Source of the DNA: Tubiluchus corallicola | Taxonomy: Eukaryota; Animalia; Priapulida | NCBI GenBank assembly: GCA_030141605.1 | Contig: JAQGDQ010002369.1 | Coordinates: 124,001 to 188,000 of the forward strand | DNA: 64,000 nt | Reading direction: 5' to 3' | Shown here: one piece after another, positions 19,339-29,729 of the stretch | Layout: the number at the start of each line of letters is the position of its first letter | How positions within the stretch are numbered: the stretch's first letter is position 1 | Program-made: the position numbers and the translations under genes | Notes under the pieces: model-generated | Databases searched by the model: none | Told to the model about the DNA's origin: nothing | The model's input: the letters and a program-made list of their open reading frames with translations, nothing else

Positions 19339-21747
19339 TTAGTTGACAAATCCCCACTGGGTCCAGGCCCTATCCTTTGAAAGATCGAACTGCGCTATTC
19401 CCAGGATATTTCCAAAGAGAGCATCCTGATCATCTGCATTTGTGCTTTTTAGTACATAATCTGTAGCCACCTTGATCTGTCTTACATCTTCCATAAGGAT
19501 TCCTTCTACTCTTGTAATATGGAAAGGTCTTGGACGAATTTTCGAGTTGAAAATGGTTTTGAATTCATGGAATTGAAAGGCTGTCCTATAGACTGGGTCA
19601 TTGCAAATTTTACAAAAATAACCCAAGAATTCTTCAATGTCGGTCTGACTTTGCAGGTGAATTAGGATCCGATTCAAATCTGCTTCTATATCGATTACCT
19701 CAAGGTCTCTTCTCATCGTTTCTAAGAATTTTGAATGGCCTTCGTCAAAAGGATGAATATTCATTGCATTAAAGGCCTCGGAAAGCCGCAGCATCATTTT
19801 TGAATTGAAAGCAGTGCTATGTTTTGCCTTACAAAAGTCCATTAGGGAGAAGATCGCTTTTTGAGCATTTGAAACAGGCTTTCCGGTTGCCTGTATTTCT
19901 ACCTTCTGAGATGTGAGCGCTTTATTTAGATCGATCAGAACATCTGCATTACTACCCTGTTGAAGAAGGCAGAGATAGGTCCAGGTTGCTTCCTCATTGC
20001 CCTTCATAGCTACAAGGACGTCTTTATAAAGAGGTTCGAAATTGACATATCGGCATCCATTCATAATCACTTGAGTTCGAACTAAATCTTTTTCAAGCTG
20101 ATCTCGGATTCTTGCCTTATTCAATCCATATTGATCCCGATAGACTTCCAAATTGGCGGCAATCATATCTGGGTTTTCTTTCGGAGGAGGTTGCTGTTCC
20201 CTCATTTCTTTTACAAACATTTCATACTCTCCACGAGTCAATGCCGTCTCAAGAGAAGGGGTCGCTTTTTGATTCGGTTCAATGACGACTCGAGTATCTT
20301 TTACTTTCCATTTGTCATCATGATAATCCTTGATGGTTGTGATTTGACTAGCGTTCAGGGTTGCAATCAGCTCGAGGACGTTTGTTAAGAGAACTAATCG
20401 GTTTTTCAATATTCCCTGCTTTTTGACAAGATGGGGAGGTCCAGCCACTTGATAACGGAGCAAATCCAGTGCTTTAGGATCATTATGCAGGTTGAGGATC
20501 AGATTCCAGATTGATTCGTCTACCGATGTGCTTGCATTTCCTCGGTCAATGTTATCTTTACAGGGAGAAACAATGTATTTGATATTGAACCTTCTTATCA
20601 TATCCATTTTCAAATGATGGTAGGAGGGCATCAAAAAAGTTTGTCTTAGTTTTGGCGTGTTTAATGTTGCTTCGTCGAAATAGAGGCGGTGGACATCATC
20701 CAGAATGGAAGCAAAGTCATGGGCATAGCGGGCTTGAATAGGAAGGACGATATCCATTTCTTCTGCTCTGTCAGGAGTGATTTCACGAAGGATTCTTTCT
20801 GGCAGCCGGAATCCATTTTCAGATCTCATCAGAGAGCGGACGATATAGGCTTTCAAGTCTTCTGCATTATCATGAGAGGTTCCCTTGCTGACTGCTCCAT
20901 CCATAGGAAGAGCCATAAAATTGAAGCACCGGTGTCGCTTTTGGTTGGACTCAATGGCGAGAGATCGGTCACTCTCGTCACCCAGTACACTCGGGGAATA
21001 TGCCTGATGGCTACAGTACAGGACGTTTTCTCCTCTAGTGTCAGCCTGTTCGAGAAAAGCCTCATAAACAGGATCAGTCTCAGCATTTCTATAAGAATCT
21101 CGGCTAAAAGCCCTTGATGCAGTCGCCCAGATCGCATTCAAAAGACCATTTTCTATTGTCGGTGTTCCATGCCGAAGATAAATAAGTTCTCGGTCTCCTT
21201 CAGGGGTATCAAACAACCAGGACGATCGAACATAAGGGCAATTGATCCTGCCAGAGTCGAAATTCACGTTAGCTGCACCGGAAGCTTTTTGAGCTTTCAA
21301 AGCATATTGAGGTTTTCTCACGCTCGGATCAGCAGCATCGATCCTTTGTCTGTCGCATTCAAGAACGGCAGAGATTGTATTCTTATTGAGTTCTTCGGGA
21401 TATTCTATGGGAGGAGCACTATCCAAAGCCAGTTTGACCACATTGCGAACATAGTCAACGGTATGGGTCGATGCATACCGGGTGAAACTGACCAACCGAA
21501 TCAATTCCCGGCATCGATTCAATACAGGATGGTCTACGCCACTTTTGAAATCTTCTGAACGAATGGCATTTCTTAACGCTGAAATAACTAGATTGTACTG
21601 TTCTCTTGGTGTTTGAGGATGGATGAGGTGGTAGAGGACTGCAATTGTGCTTTCTAATAGGATATTAGGGGTCTCGAAACTCTCTCTTCCTTCGTCAAGA
21701 ATCCTGATTTCATCCTCAAGATTGATCGACGTTAAATTGCGGACCAT
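19339..21747 (-). CDS. putative CX5R phosphatase-domain effector; probably the 3' part of a larger gene
   Basis: 802-aa ORF; SPCKDNIDRG at about 20539-20568; no intergenic gap or SD upstream. Confidence 0.6.
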   Translation of the reverse strand: MVRNLTSINLEDEIRILDEGRESFETPNILLESTIAVLYHLIHPQTPREQYNLVISALRNAIRSEDFKSGVDHPVLNRCRELIRLVSFTRYASTHTVDYVRNVVKLALDSAPPIEYPEELNKNTISAVLECDRQRIDAADPSVRKPQYALKAQKASGAANVNFDSGRINCPYVRSSWLFDTPEGDRELIYLRHGTPTIENGLLNAIWATASRAFSRDSYRNAETDPVYEAFLEQADTRGENVLYCSHQAYSPSVLGDESDRSLAIESNQKRHRCFNFMALPMDGAVSKGTSHDNAEDLKAYIVRSLMRSENGFRLPERILREITPDRAEEMDIVLPIQARYAHDFASILDDVHRLYFDEATLNTPKLRQTFLMPSYHHLKMDMIRRFNIKYIVSPCKDNIDRGNASTSVDESIWNLILNLHNDPKALDLLRYQVAGPPHLVKKQGILKNRLVLLTNVLELIATLNASQITTIKDYHDDKWKVKDTRVVIEPNQKATPSLETALTRGEYEMFVKEMREQQPPPKENPDMIAANLEVYRDQYGLNKARIRDQLEKDLVRTQVIMNGCRYVNFEPLYKDVLVAMKGNEEATWTYLCLLQQGSNADVLIDLNKALTSQKVEIQATGKPVSNAQKAIFSLMDFCKAKHSTAFNSKMMLRLSEAFNAMNIHPFDEGHSKFLETMRRDLEVIDIEADLNRILIHLQSQTDIEEFLGYFCKICNDPVYRTAFQFHEFKTIFNSKIRPRPFHITRVEGILMEDVRQIKVATDYVLKSTNADDQDALFGNILGIAQFDLSKDRAWTQWGFVN

Positions 21748-21812
21748 CGATTCCAGGTGGATGCGATATTTTTTGTGCTTTAGAAGGATGGCTGAACTCT
21801 TTCACCCACCTT

Positions 21813-24050
21813 TCATACCAATGCTGGTAAGTTTTTGTTGCGCCAGTGACAAGTCCTGAGAAAAAAGTCAGTAACGACTTGTACCATTCCTCTTGAAGGC
21901 CGAGGGACAGGAGCGAGAACTTCATGTTGCAACTCGTCGATCGATCGGGAGAGATAATCTTCTACAACGACCCACTCATCTTCTAGATCGGCATATTTGA
22001 ATTCATTCTCTCCCCATCTTTCTGGCTGTGCCAAGACAACTTCCCGCCCGGAAGATCTAGAATCCCTTGGAGCAGGAAACACAAAGTCCCTAGGATCAAT
22101 GCGGAGTTCGTGAGGAACGGAAAATCGGACAAACCTTGAATCTCTTTCAAGCTGGGAGGTCCAAAGCTGTACCATTTGTGCAAAGTCTCCGAGCGCACGC
22201 GACGTAACCAGAACAGGAGGCCATTCAAGAAGATTGTATGCGAACACATCTTCGCTCTCTAAAAGATTAGCTTGAGCAATGATGAAAGCATTTCGCAGAT
22301 CTTGCACGGCAAGTTGGGACGATTTGAAGTGGAGAGGATGTTTGAGAGATTCAATCAGATCAGAGATCCGGAGAGGAAGGCGTTGTTGTCCTACTTGGAT
22401 ATTGCTTTGGAAGTCGCCACGCTCTTGAACCAGTCTTTCCAGGACCTGTATCGAGAGTCCCAGTCGTTCAAAAGAAGGTGCACTGGAAACGATGACTTCA
22501 TCCCCTGATTCTCGAAGTTCTTCTCTTGATGAGATTACAACGATTGGCTCTGATCCGACAAGTTCTTGCTCTCTGAGTGAAGGAAGTTCTTCTCCTACAG
22601 GAATTCTTTCAGCTTGTCGATCAGGTAATGGTACATTGTCTTTTTTTCTTCTTAATAGATAGTAACCTAACAGACCGATGGTTCCCACAGCAACATATGT
22701 GACAACATCCCACCAGGTATCATTATTTGTAGAAGGAGCAAGAGAAGATTTATTGAGATAACAGACTTTTTTATCCTCAATATTGAATTTCGGATGTCGT
22801 TGTACTACGAGGCTTGTCGATTGATTTTTGGGGGAGTCTGGGGAAATATCAGCTTGGAAAGGAGTAAGATTTCTTATTCAGGAATATCTTGTGTGATCTT
22901 CTTCTGGAAGTACATGAATTTTATCAGGTATTCTTTTTTGATTAGGGAGTTGAAGTGACTGAGGAGACACGATCAAAGCATTTTCTTTTGTTGCTTTAAG
23001 ACAAGCAGAGGAAGTTTCCCGCACTGGTTCTATTGGAGATTTTTCGACAGGAGATATTGGATCTGGGACGAGAGTTGATGATAGGGTTTCGTTTGCCAAG
23101 CACATTGAGTTTTGCTGAAGCTGAGGAGCTGCTTTGGCTTCAAGAGAAGTAGAGGAAGTTTTCTGTTCAGGTTCTATTAGAGATTTTTCGACATGAGATA
23201 CTGGGGTTGGGGTTAGAGTTGATGATAGGGTCTCGTTAGCCAAAAACACAGAGTTTTGCTGAAGCTGAGGAGCTTCTTTTATCATTGAAGGTGCTGGAAG
23301 TAGGTTTGTTGAAAAAAAGGAATTCGTTGGAATGCTTTCATTTACACAAGTCAGAAAAAGTTTTTCTTTGAATAAGAGGACTTGGGCTGTCCCTTGTTCA
23401 GGGGAAAGATCAACTTTCGCCCCAGAAGAGGCTTCTTTTGAAGTATCTAAAGAAAAGTCTTTTTCTCTCTCAATAGAATTTCCCCTGGACGAACTGGGCG
23501 CAAGGTCTTCTGTCATAAAATCGACGGATGAAGAAAAGATCGAACCTTTAAAATACCACAGTGCTGCAGCGGCTGTTAAAAGAGCTGTACCTGCGATAAT
23601 CGTCTTCATTAGAGTTGAAACTTGAAATGGATCATTTCTGGGAGATTCCTCAGAACGAGGAGGTTCAATACTATTTGGAATGAGCGAAGAAGAGCGAGTG
23701 CTTTCATTCACCTGTAAATCAGATTGAATGGGCTGTTGGCTGATTTCCTGAATAGGAGGACCAGTCTCTATACTTTTGTCTTCGATCGGTGAAGGTGGTT
23801 CAAAATCTTGTTGAGAAGTATTTTCTAAGCCGTCTGTTTGAATAAGATTGGGTAATCCAAAAACAAGTCCATCGTAAATCAATACAATAAACGGAAGAAT
23901 AGGTACAATCGTAAATATCCACGCTGCAATCTGGAGGATTTTTTCCTTCGTAGATTCTGCTTCCTTGATGAGGAAGTTTCCCAAGGTATACATATGAGGC
24001 AAATGCTTCTCCCAACTATTGTTGGGAGCTGCAGGAAGGATATGTGTCAC
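21813..24050 (-). pseudogene. interrupted membrane-anchored Ser/Pro-rich protein (5' part of the giant gene)
   Basis: ORFs 22878-24050 and 21813-22688 are in the same frame and separated only by TGA at 22878-22880. The intervening frame reads IRNLTPF...WWDVVTYVAV and aligns to the paralog at 25700-25833. Confidence 0.6.
23008..23280 (-). repeat. intragenic tandem duplication, 144-bp period, 2 copies
   Basis: GAGTTTTGCTGAAGCTGAGGAGCT at 23107 and 23251; peptide APQLQQNS..LANETLSSTL occurs twice. Confidence 0.85.
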
Positions 24051-24336
24051 ATGTTTGATATACTTTGAATTTTAGGAAAAGTATATAGAAGTGAAACAAA
24101 AGAAACAATAAATGAAAAAGTTTCTATTAAAAGAAAACAAAAAGAATTATAAGAAAGTTTGTAAAAAGTGTAAAGAATATCCCTTCTGAAGTCTTTCATG
24201 AAAGAACATTCCTCCTTGGATGGACAACTTTTTTTTAAATTTACAGAATTTTGGCAGGCTTCTTGTTAAAGCCTGCCTTCAAATTGACGAGGTTTTACCT
24301 AAATGCATACTTAGAAAGCTCTAGCCCTCTTTTCCC

Positions 24337-26944
24337 TCATCCTCCTTTCCGAATTTTACATTTAAGATCAACAGAGCCCCCCTCAATATCATCCGGAACT
24401 GGGACAGTACTGGTTACTGGTGATCTAGTTGTTGAATGGGGAGAAGCTTCGGCACCGAACCATCCTTGCTCTGCGAAGTTTTCGTCATTAATTGTGGACC
24501 AGCCCGCACTTTCTGAACTGCTACTTTTGGAGTTAGTTTCCGGCCTTCCTTCTGAGCTGGAAGAATTGTCCTCACGGGGTACTTGACTTCCTGGAGATTG
24601 ACTCGATTCTCTTATTCTAGCATCAGAGAGTTTTAAGTCTGTATCCAATGTTGTGATCCATGACTCGACGGTTTTTGCAAAATCCATATAACTATTCGGA
24701 TCTACTACAATCAATGGCCACTCGGCAATTCTAAAAACGAATACGTTTTCCGCTTTTGAGGCTTCTTCTTCATTAGGAATGAAAAGAACATTGTCTGATT
24801 CAAGTCCTGAAAATGGAACTTTTTCATGGTTTTGCAAAGCCTCAATGAGATCAGAAATCTTAAGAGGTGATGATGGTGAATCTTCTTCCACATGAACTGA
24901 AAATTGAATATCACCTCTTTCTTGAACTAACCTAGGAAGAGTCTCTATCAGCCGTTCTATTCTTTGAGCAGCTGTAGTTGTCTGTCTGTCTGCAGGAGGA
25001 GTTCTTTGAGGAGTTACGACAACGGCATCTTGTTGAGTAGGTGCTTGACTTCCTGAAGGTTGACCCGTTTCCTCAGGTTTACAAGTAGCCAGAAAACTTT
25101 GATATGATTTCAACGCTTGTTCTAACTGGATGATCCAATATTCAACCTTTTTTTCGAAATTCTCGCAAGAATCCTGAGATACTATAATGCACGGCCATCC
25201 GGTAATTTTATACACGAATACAACTTCACTTTCTGAGATATCTCTTTCAGAAATGATATGAGCATCGTCTAAATCATTTGCAGCAAGAGATGAAAATTCA
25301 AGTTGTTCGGAAGCTTGTAGAGCTATGAGTAGATCAGACATCTGAAGAGACAACAGATCTTCCTCTAACTGAATTGGGATCTGAATATCCGCTCCTGAAT
25401 GAACTAACTGCTTAAGAGTCTTTATCGATTGTCCTAATCTTGGGACAACTGCTTTTGAGGCTGCTTTGGGATGTTGGGAGAGGACCATAGGATCACCTGT
25501 TTCTGACTCTAGGTCTACGGAAGAAGCTATTTCTTCAGGGATGGTCGTTTCTGAGGGTCTGTCCTTTTCTATCCCATGGGGAAGCTCTGTTTCAGAAACG
25601 ATGACAACAGGTTCACCTGTTCCTGGTAGATTTGTGGGGAGAACGTCTTTTTTTGAGGCATAGATGTTCTCCTCAGGTGATCTTTCTTTTTTTCTTATTT
25701 TTATTAGGAAGTAGACGCCCAGAGAACTGAGAACTCCAATAGTGGCGTATTTAACGTAATTCCACAGGGAGAGATCATTTTCAGTCATAAGGATGGGAGC
25801 ATCCTTTAAAAAACAAATCTCTTCTTCCGGCAAGATCTGGGAAGCATTTGGATAGCTTATTTCTTCTTCAGGTTTTTTTTACTAAACATGGAGTCATAAC
25901 ATCATCTTTTTGGGTAGGGCCATAGACCGGTTGAGTAGCAGTTTCTTTAGGGTCTTCGGGAGGAAGAACACTCCTTACGGGGATGTTACAGTATTTAGAA
26001 GATGGGAAGAAGTTGGAAAAAACTGATGCATCGACTGATAGGTATGGAGCCTTCTCAGTTTGTTCCGGAGAAATTGTCCATGGTGTGTCGCCTCTTTTAG
26101 GAGAGGTGATGGTGGCGGAGAAGTCTAAAATATCAGCAGCCTGTGGAAGATATGTGTGATTTTTGATTTGGGCTGCTAGGTAATGCGAGAACCGTCTGAG
26201 TGAGTCGCTGAGTTACATCTAAAGAAGAGGGAGGTTCTGTTAAGGGGGTGGAAGGTTGAACGTGAACGAGAGAAGGTTTAGAGAAGAAGAAATTGGCGGG
26301 GAAGGTAATATCCCATAAGAATAAAGAACCGCCTCTCTCAGAAGCCTCAAAGGGGGGCAGGAGGAAAATCGATGGTCCTTCCTGAAGGTTCTAGAGATAC
26401 AGTTAAGTCACTACTGCTAGGCTCTATAGAAGTCCCTGGTGTGGAGCCTGGAAAGGAAGGGCGGGAAATTGAGTTCTTAATACACCACCCAACTGCTGCT
26501 GCAAGAATGATCTTTGCTAAAGAAGAAGTGTGAAATGAATACGTGTCTGAAGGTTCCTTAACCTGCTTGTCTACAGAGACTTCTGAATCAACTATGGCAG
26601 TGGAGGAAGGCTCTTTTTCAGAGCCACGTATATTCGTAAGCTCTTTAGGCTCTTGCTCTACTCTACTGGGGGGGAACAGGCTTGATTTCATATTTTATTG
26701 GGGGAGTTTGTTCAGATTTCTGAACTCCAAAGAATCTTTTCTTTACTTGCTGAGGAATTGTACGCGTGATCCCACTCCAGACCCACCCATAAATAGGAGC
26801 ATTGAATATCCACGCAGCTATTAGGATGATTTTTTCCTTAATACATTTTGCTTTCTTGGAAAGAAAGTTACCTATAGTCATGCATGTTCTGAATATATGG
26901 TGCTCCCATGTTTGCTCAGGAGCTGTGGGTAGGATATGTGTCAT
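24337..26944 (-). pseudogene. multiply frameshifted paralog of 21813-24050
   Basis: Same N-terminus (MTHILP.AP...WE.H; GNFL.K.A...KEKI..IAAWIF). Fragments 26663-26944, 26347-26691 and 24337-25833; shifts at G7 (26668-74), G6 (26352-57) and further sites. Confidence 0.65.
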
Positions 26945-27184
26945 AATATTCCTTTTGTAAAGTTGCGGGGTAGAGGGCCTAAGGTAACGTCAAATAGAAT
27001 ACAATAAATTTTTAGTTGTTAATGGTTTGTTAAGTATATTCGATGACTTATTATAATTAAGTTGCGTTTTTTGAAATAGTTAGGGTATGAAAAAAGGATA
27101 GAGTTCTTTTAGATTTTAATGGGTTTGAATTAATTGAACTTATCTGGACATGTTCTGATGAGTTCTCTGAGAGAGGGGGCGGTC

Positions 27185-27445
27185 ATGAGACTGGATATGA
27201 AAGCTATGACCCTTTCCTTTGGGATTACCTGGGGCATTGGTATGCTCTTTATGGGATGGGTAGCTGCCTTTGGATGGGGCGATTATTTTGTCGACGTGAT
27301 GTCATCGGTATATGTTGGCTATGAGCCAAGCTTTATCGGTGGGATTATCGGAGGAATCTGGGGATTTGTAGATGGTGCGATTGGAGGATTTCTAATTTCG
27401 CTCTTTTACAACCTTTGTCACGGCAAAAACAAAACGAAGAAATAA
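27185..27445 (+). CDS. small Gly-rich membrane protein (family often annotated holin-like)
   Basis: 86 aa, 2-3 TM segments, Y.GY.PS..GG.IG..WGFVDG motif; purine-rich RBS before ATG 27185. Confidence 0.7.
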   Translation: MRLDMKAMTLSFGITWGIGMLFMGWVAAFGWGDYFVDVMSSVYVGYEPSFIGGIIGGIWGFVDGAIGGFLISLFYNLCHGKNKTKK

Positions 27446-27477
27446 AAAAGCTCAAGAGGCGAGACTCTTGAGCTTTT
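27446..27477. terminator. bidirectional intrinsic terminator
   Basis: AAAAGCTCAAGAG-gcgaga-CTCTTGAGCTTTT between convergent genes. Confidence 0.85.
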
Positions 27478-27503
27478 AGTAATTGTTATCTATGCATTTT
27501 GGA

Positions 27504-28592
27504 TCACAGGTCCAAACTGGCGCTGATCGTCAGCCCATGAAAGTATAGATTTCCATCTCCTGGATTACCTGGGGCGTTGGAATCGGCTGGAAAGGTAACC
27601 TGGCTCCAAAATACATGGAATTCATACAGAGCTTTTAGATCGAAATGCCAATTGTTTCGATCGAAATAAGTTCCCCATCCAAAACCTTGGGCAATCTCCA
27701 AATTCGGTGCGATTGTTACTACTCGAGAACGGATCACGTATAATAGATCGAAGTCAACCTGATTGATTAGATCATTTTGTTCCGTTCTGTTCTTTATGCG
27801 GGTATAGACCAGACTTGTTGCTGCATTAGTGATCATCCTAAATCCATATCCAAAGATCCAGTTGGTGTCGATTCCCGCTCTTGGACCTAACATCCAGGAA
27901 TCAGATTTGGTAGAGTAGACAGAAGGAAAACCATTGCTTGAAAACAGAGAGTCATTCGAAAGTTTTTGATCGAGCCAGCCAGCTCTAACACTAAAGAAGG
28001 GGCGGAAAGTGAGATGTTTTCCTACGTAGTAAGAACGAGCTAGTTCGATGTCCACTAGTTCGATGTCCATTTTCCATGATTGGGAAGCAGAGAACATAGG
28101 GATTTCCGAAGGAACAGTTAATCGCAAATAGGTGATAGATCCTCCTGGAGGAGATGTAGAGCTAACATTGTCACGCATATGAAGTCGAGTCCACTCCAGA
28201 TAAATGTCCCAGTCTCCTCGAGGAAAAGCCAATCCTACTCCTGCCTTGAATCCAGGCTCCCAATCAAAATCCATATTGACTATCGTGCCATCGCGATTTG
28301 GAAATGCAGCAGTATTTGTTGTTGGATTCGTAAATCCAATTTGGACTAGTTCCGCTCGAGGCTGCCAATAGATAAAATCCCCGCGAATATAAAAATCCCA
28401 GCTACTCTCAACATCGATTCTAGCAGGATGGTTGTAACCCGATGACAATTGTTGCTCGGTCTTTGCATGTCCCTGAGAATAGGATCCATTTTGTTGGGTA
28501 TGCATCTGAGTTTGTTGTTGAGCATATGCAGGACTTAAAGTCATTAATGCAACTGTGCATCCAAAGATTCTAGTTAGAAAACTCATGTTCAT
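27504..28592 (-). CDS. MOMP-like / Lpg1974-family outer membrane porin
   Basis: Signal peptide, DFIYW, FDWEPGFKAG, GPRAGIDT.W, C-terminal LYFHGLTISASLDL. Confidence 0.85.
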   Translation of the reverse strand: MNMSFLTRIFGCTVALMTLSPAYAQQQTQMHTQQNGSYSQGHAKTEQQLSSGYNHPARIDVESSWDFYIRGDFIYWQPRAELVQIGFTNPTTNTAAFPNRDGTIVNMDFDWEPGFKAGVGLAFPRGDWDIYLEWTRLHMRDNVSSTSPPGGSITYLRLTVPSEIPMFSASQSWKMDIELVDIELARSYYVGKHLTFRPFFSVRAGWLDQKLSNDSLFSSNGFPSVYSTKSDSWMLGPRAGIDTNWIFGYGFRMITNAATSLVYTRIKNRTEQNDLINQVDFDLLYVIRSRVVTIAPNLEIAQGFGWGTYFDRNNWHFDLKALYEFHVFWSQVTFPADSNAPGNPGDGNLYFHGLTISASLDL

Positions 28593-28610
28593 TGTTTTGC
28601 ACTCCCTAAT

Positions 28611-29711
28611 TTAAAAATCTAACCGTCCAGTCGCCGTCAATCCATGCATGAAAAGGCTTGGAATGGATTGAGATTGATTTCGAACAAATTCTGCCATCGT
28701 ATGAGACATCATATTGTGATTCCAATACACAATGAAATCATATCCTGCAGAAAGATCTATATGCCATTTATTTTGGCCGATATAAGTTCCCCATCCTAAT
28801 CCTAATCCAATCTCAAGATTAGGTTGTATGGTGGAGAGTTCATTTTTAACTGTATATGCAGTTGAAAATGGATCGTCGCTAAAGACATCAGACTGTTTTT
28901 GCCGTACTGTATAATCGGTATAAAGAAGGCTGGTAGCAATATCGCCGAAAAGTCGAATGCCAAGACCTAAGAGCCATTTTGTATCCAAGCCGGCTCTCAG
29001 ACCAACTGCCCAGGAATCCTGAGTTGTAAGACTCCTTAGAGCCCTTAGTGTTCCATTTCCTGCATTGATCACAGCGATGTTCTGAAGTGCTTCTTTAATG
29101 CGATTTCCCTGAGCACCGAAGTGAGGTTTGAATATTAAAAAACGTCCTACATAGCAAGGTCTTCCGACTTCAAGATTGATTACATTGTAGTCCATTTTCC
29201 AGGTCATTGTAACTTCATTCGCAAATCCCTGGTTGTCGGAGCGGAAGAAAGCAGGAAAAATCCATCCGGAAGGCTGCGGTGCAAAAGTGTGGGTATTGTC
29301 CAACACCTTTAACTTGACGTATTCGGCAAAAACGGTCCAATTATCATTTTGGAAGTCGATGCCAAACCCTACCTTGAATCCAGGCTCATAATCAAATTTG
29401 AGATCCAAAGCCTGTCCATCCGGGTTGGGAAAGAAAGCAAAAGGAGGATTCGCCTGATCGCGTTGAGGATGAGTGATCCCGAGAGAAACTCCATTAAGTC
29501 GAGCGTTCCAATACAGGAAGCTGCCAGTGACGTATGTGTCCCAATTTCCATCGATATCAATCCGTGCCGGACTATTGTATCCACCCATCATTTCAGTAGA
29601 TTTGACTTCATAACCCTGTTCAATCCCTTTTTGGGGCTGAGACCTAGGTTGAGCATGAAGTATTGCTACTGAAGAGAGAAGTGAAAGGAAAATTGCCGTA
29701 CATTTATTCAT
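28611..29711 (-). CDS. MOMP-like / Lpg1974-family outer membrane porin
   Basis: SFLYW, FDYEPGFKVG, C-terminal LFMHGLTATGRLDF. Confidence 0.85.
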   Translation of the reverse strand: MNKCTAIFLSLLSSVAILHAQPRSQPQKGIEQGYEVKSTEMMGGYNSPARIDIDGNWDTYVTGSFLYWNARLNGVSLGITHPQRDQANPPFAFFPNPDGQALDLKFDYEPGFKVGFGIDFQNDNWTVFAEYVKLKVLDNTHTFAPQPSGWIFPAFFRSDNQGFANEVTMTWKMDYNVINLEVGRPCYVGRFLIFKPHFGAQGNRIKEALQNIAVINAGNGTLRALRSLTTQDSWAVGLRAGLDTKWLLGLGIRLFGDIATSLLYTDYTVRQKQSDVFSDDPFSTAYTVKNELSTIQPNLEIGLGLGWGTYIGQNKWHIDLSAGYDFIVYWNHNMMSHTMAEFVRNQSQSIPSLFMHGLTATGRLDF

Positions 29712-29729
29712 GTTTCTTTCTCCTTACCC

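Noticed and set aside
22878-22880. In-frame TGA as evidence of an alternative genetic code or selenocysteine
   Set aside because: TGA is the normal stop of ptr, plsB, rng, rpmH and others here; no SECIS-like hairpin or redox motif was seen.
27016-27033. TTGTTAA direct repeat at 11-bp spacing (also single copies near 2104, 2221, 3675) as a regulator box
   Set aside because: A short AT-rich word in AT-rich spacers; cannot be distinguished from chance without genome-wide statistics.
27185-27445. Holin-like gene as a sign of a prophage
   Set aside because: No endolysin, integrase or virion genes nearby.
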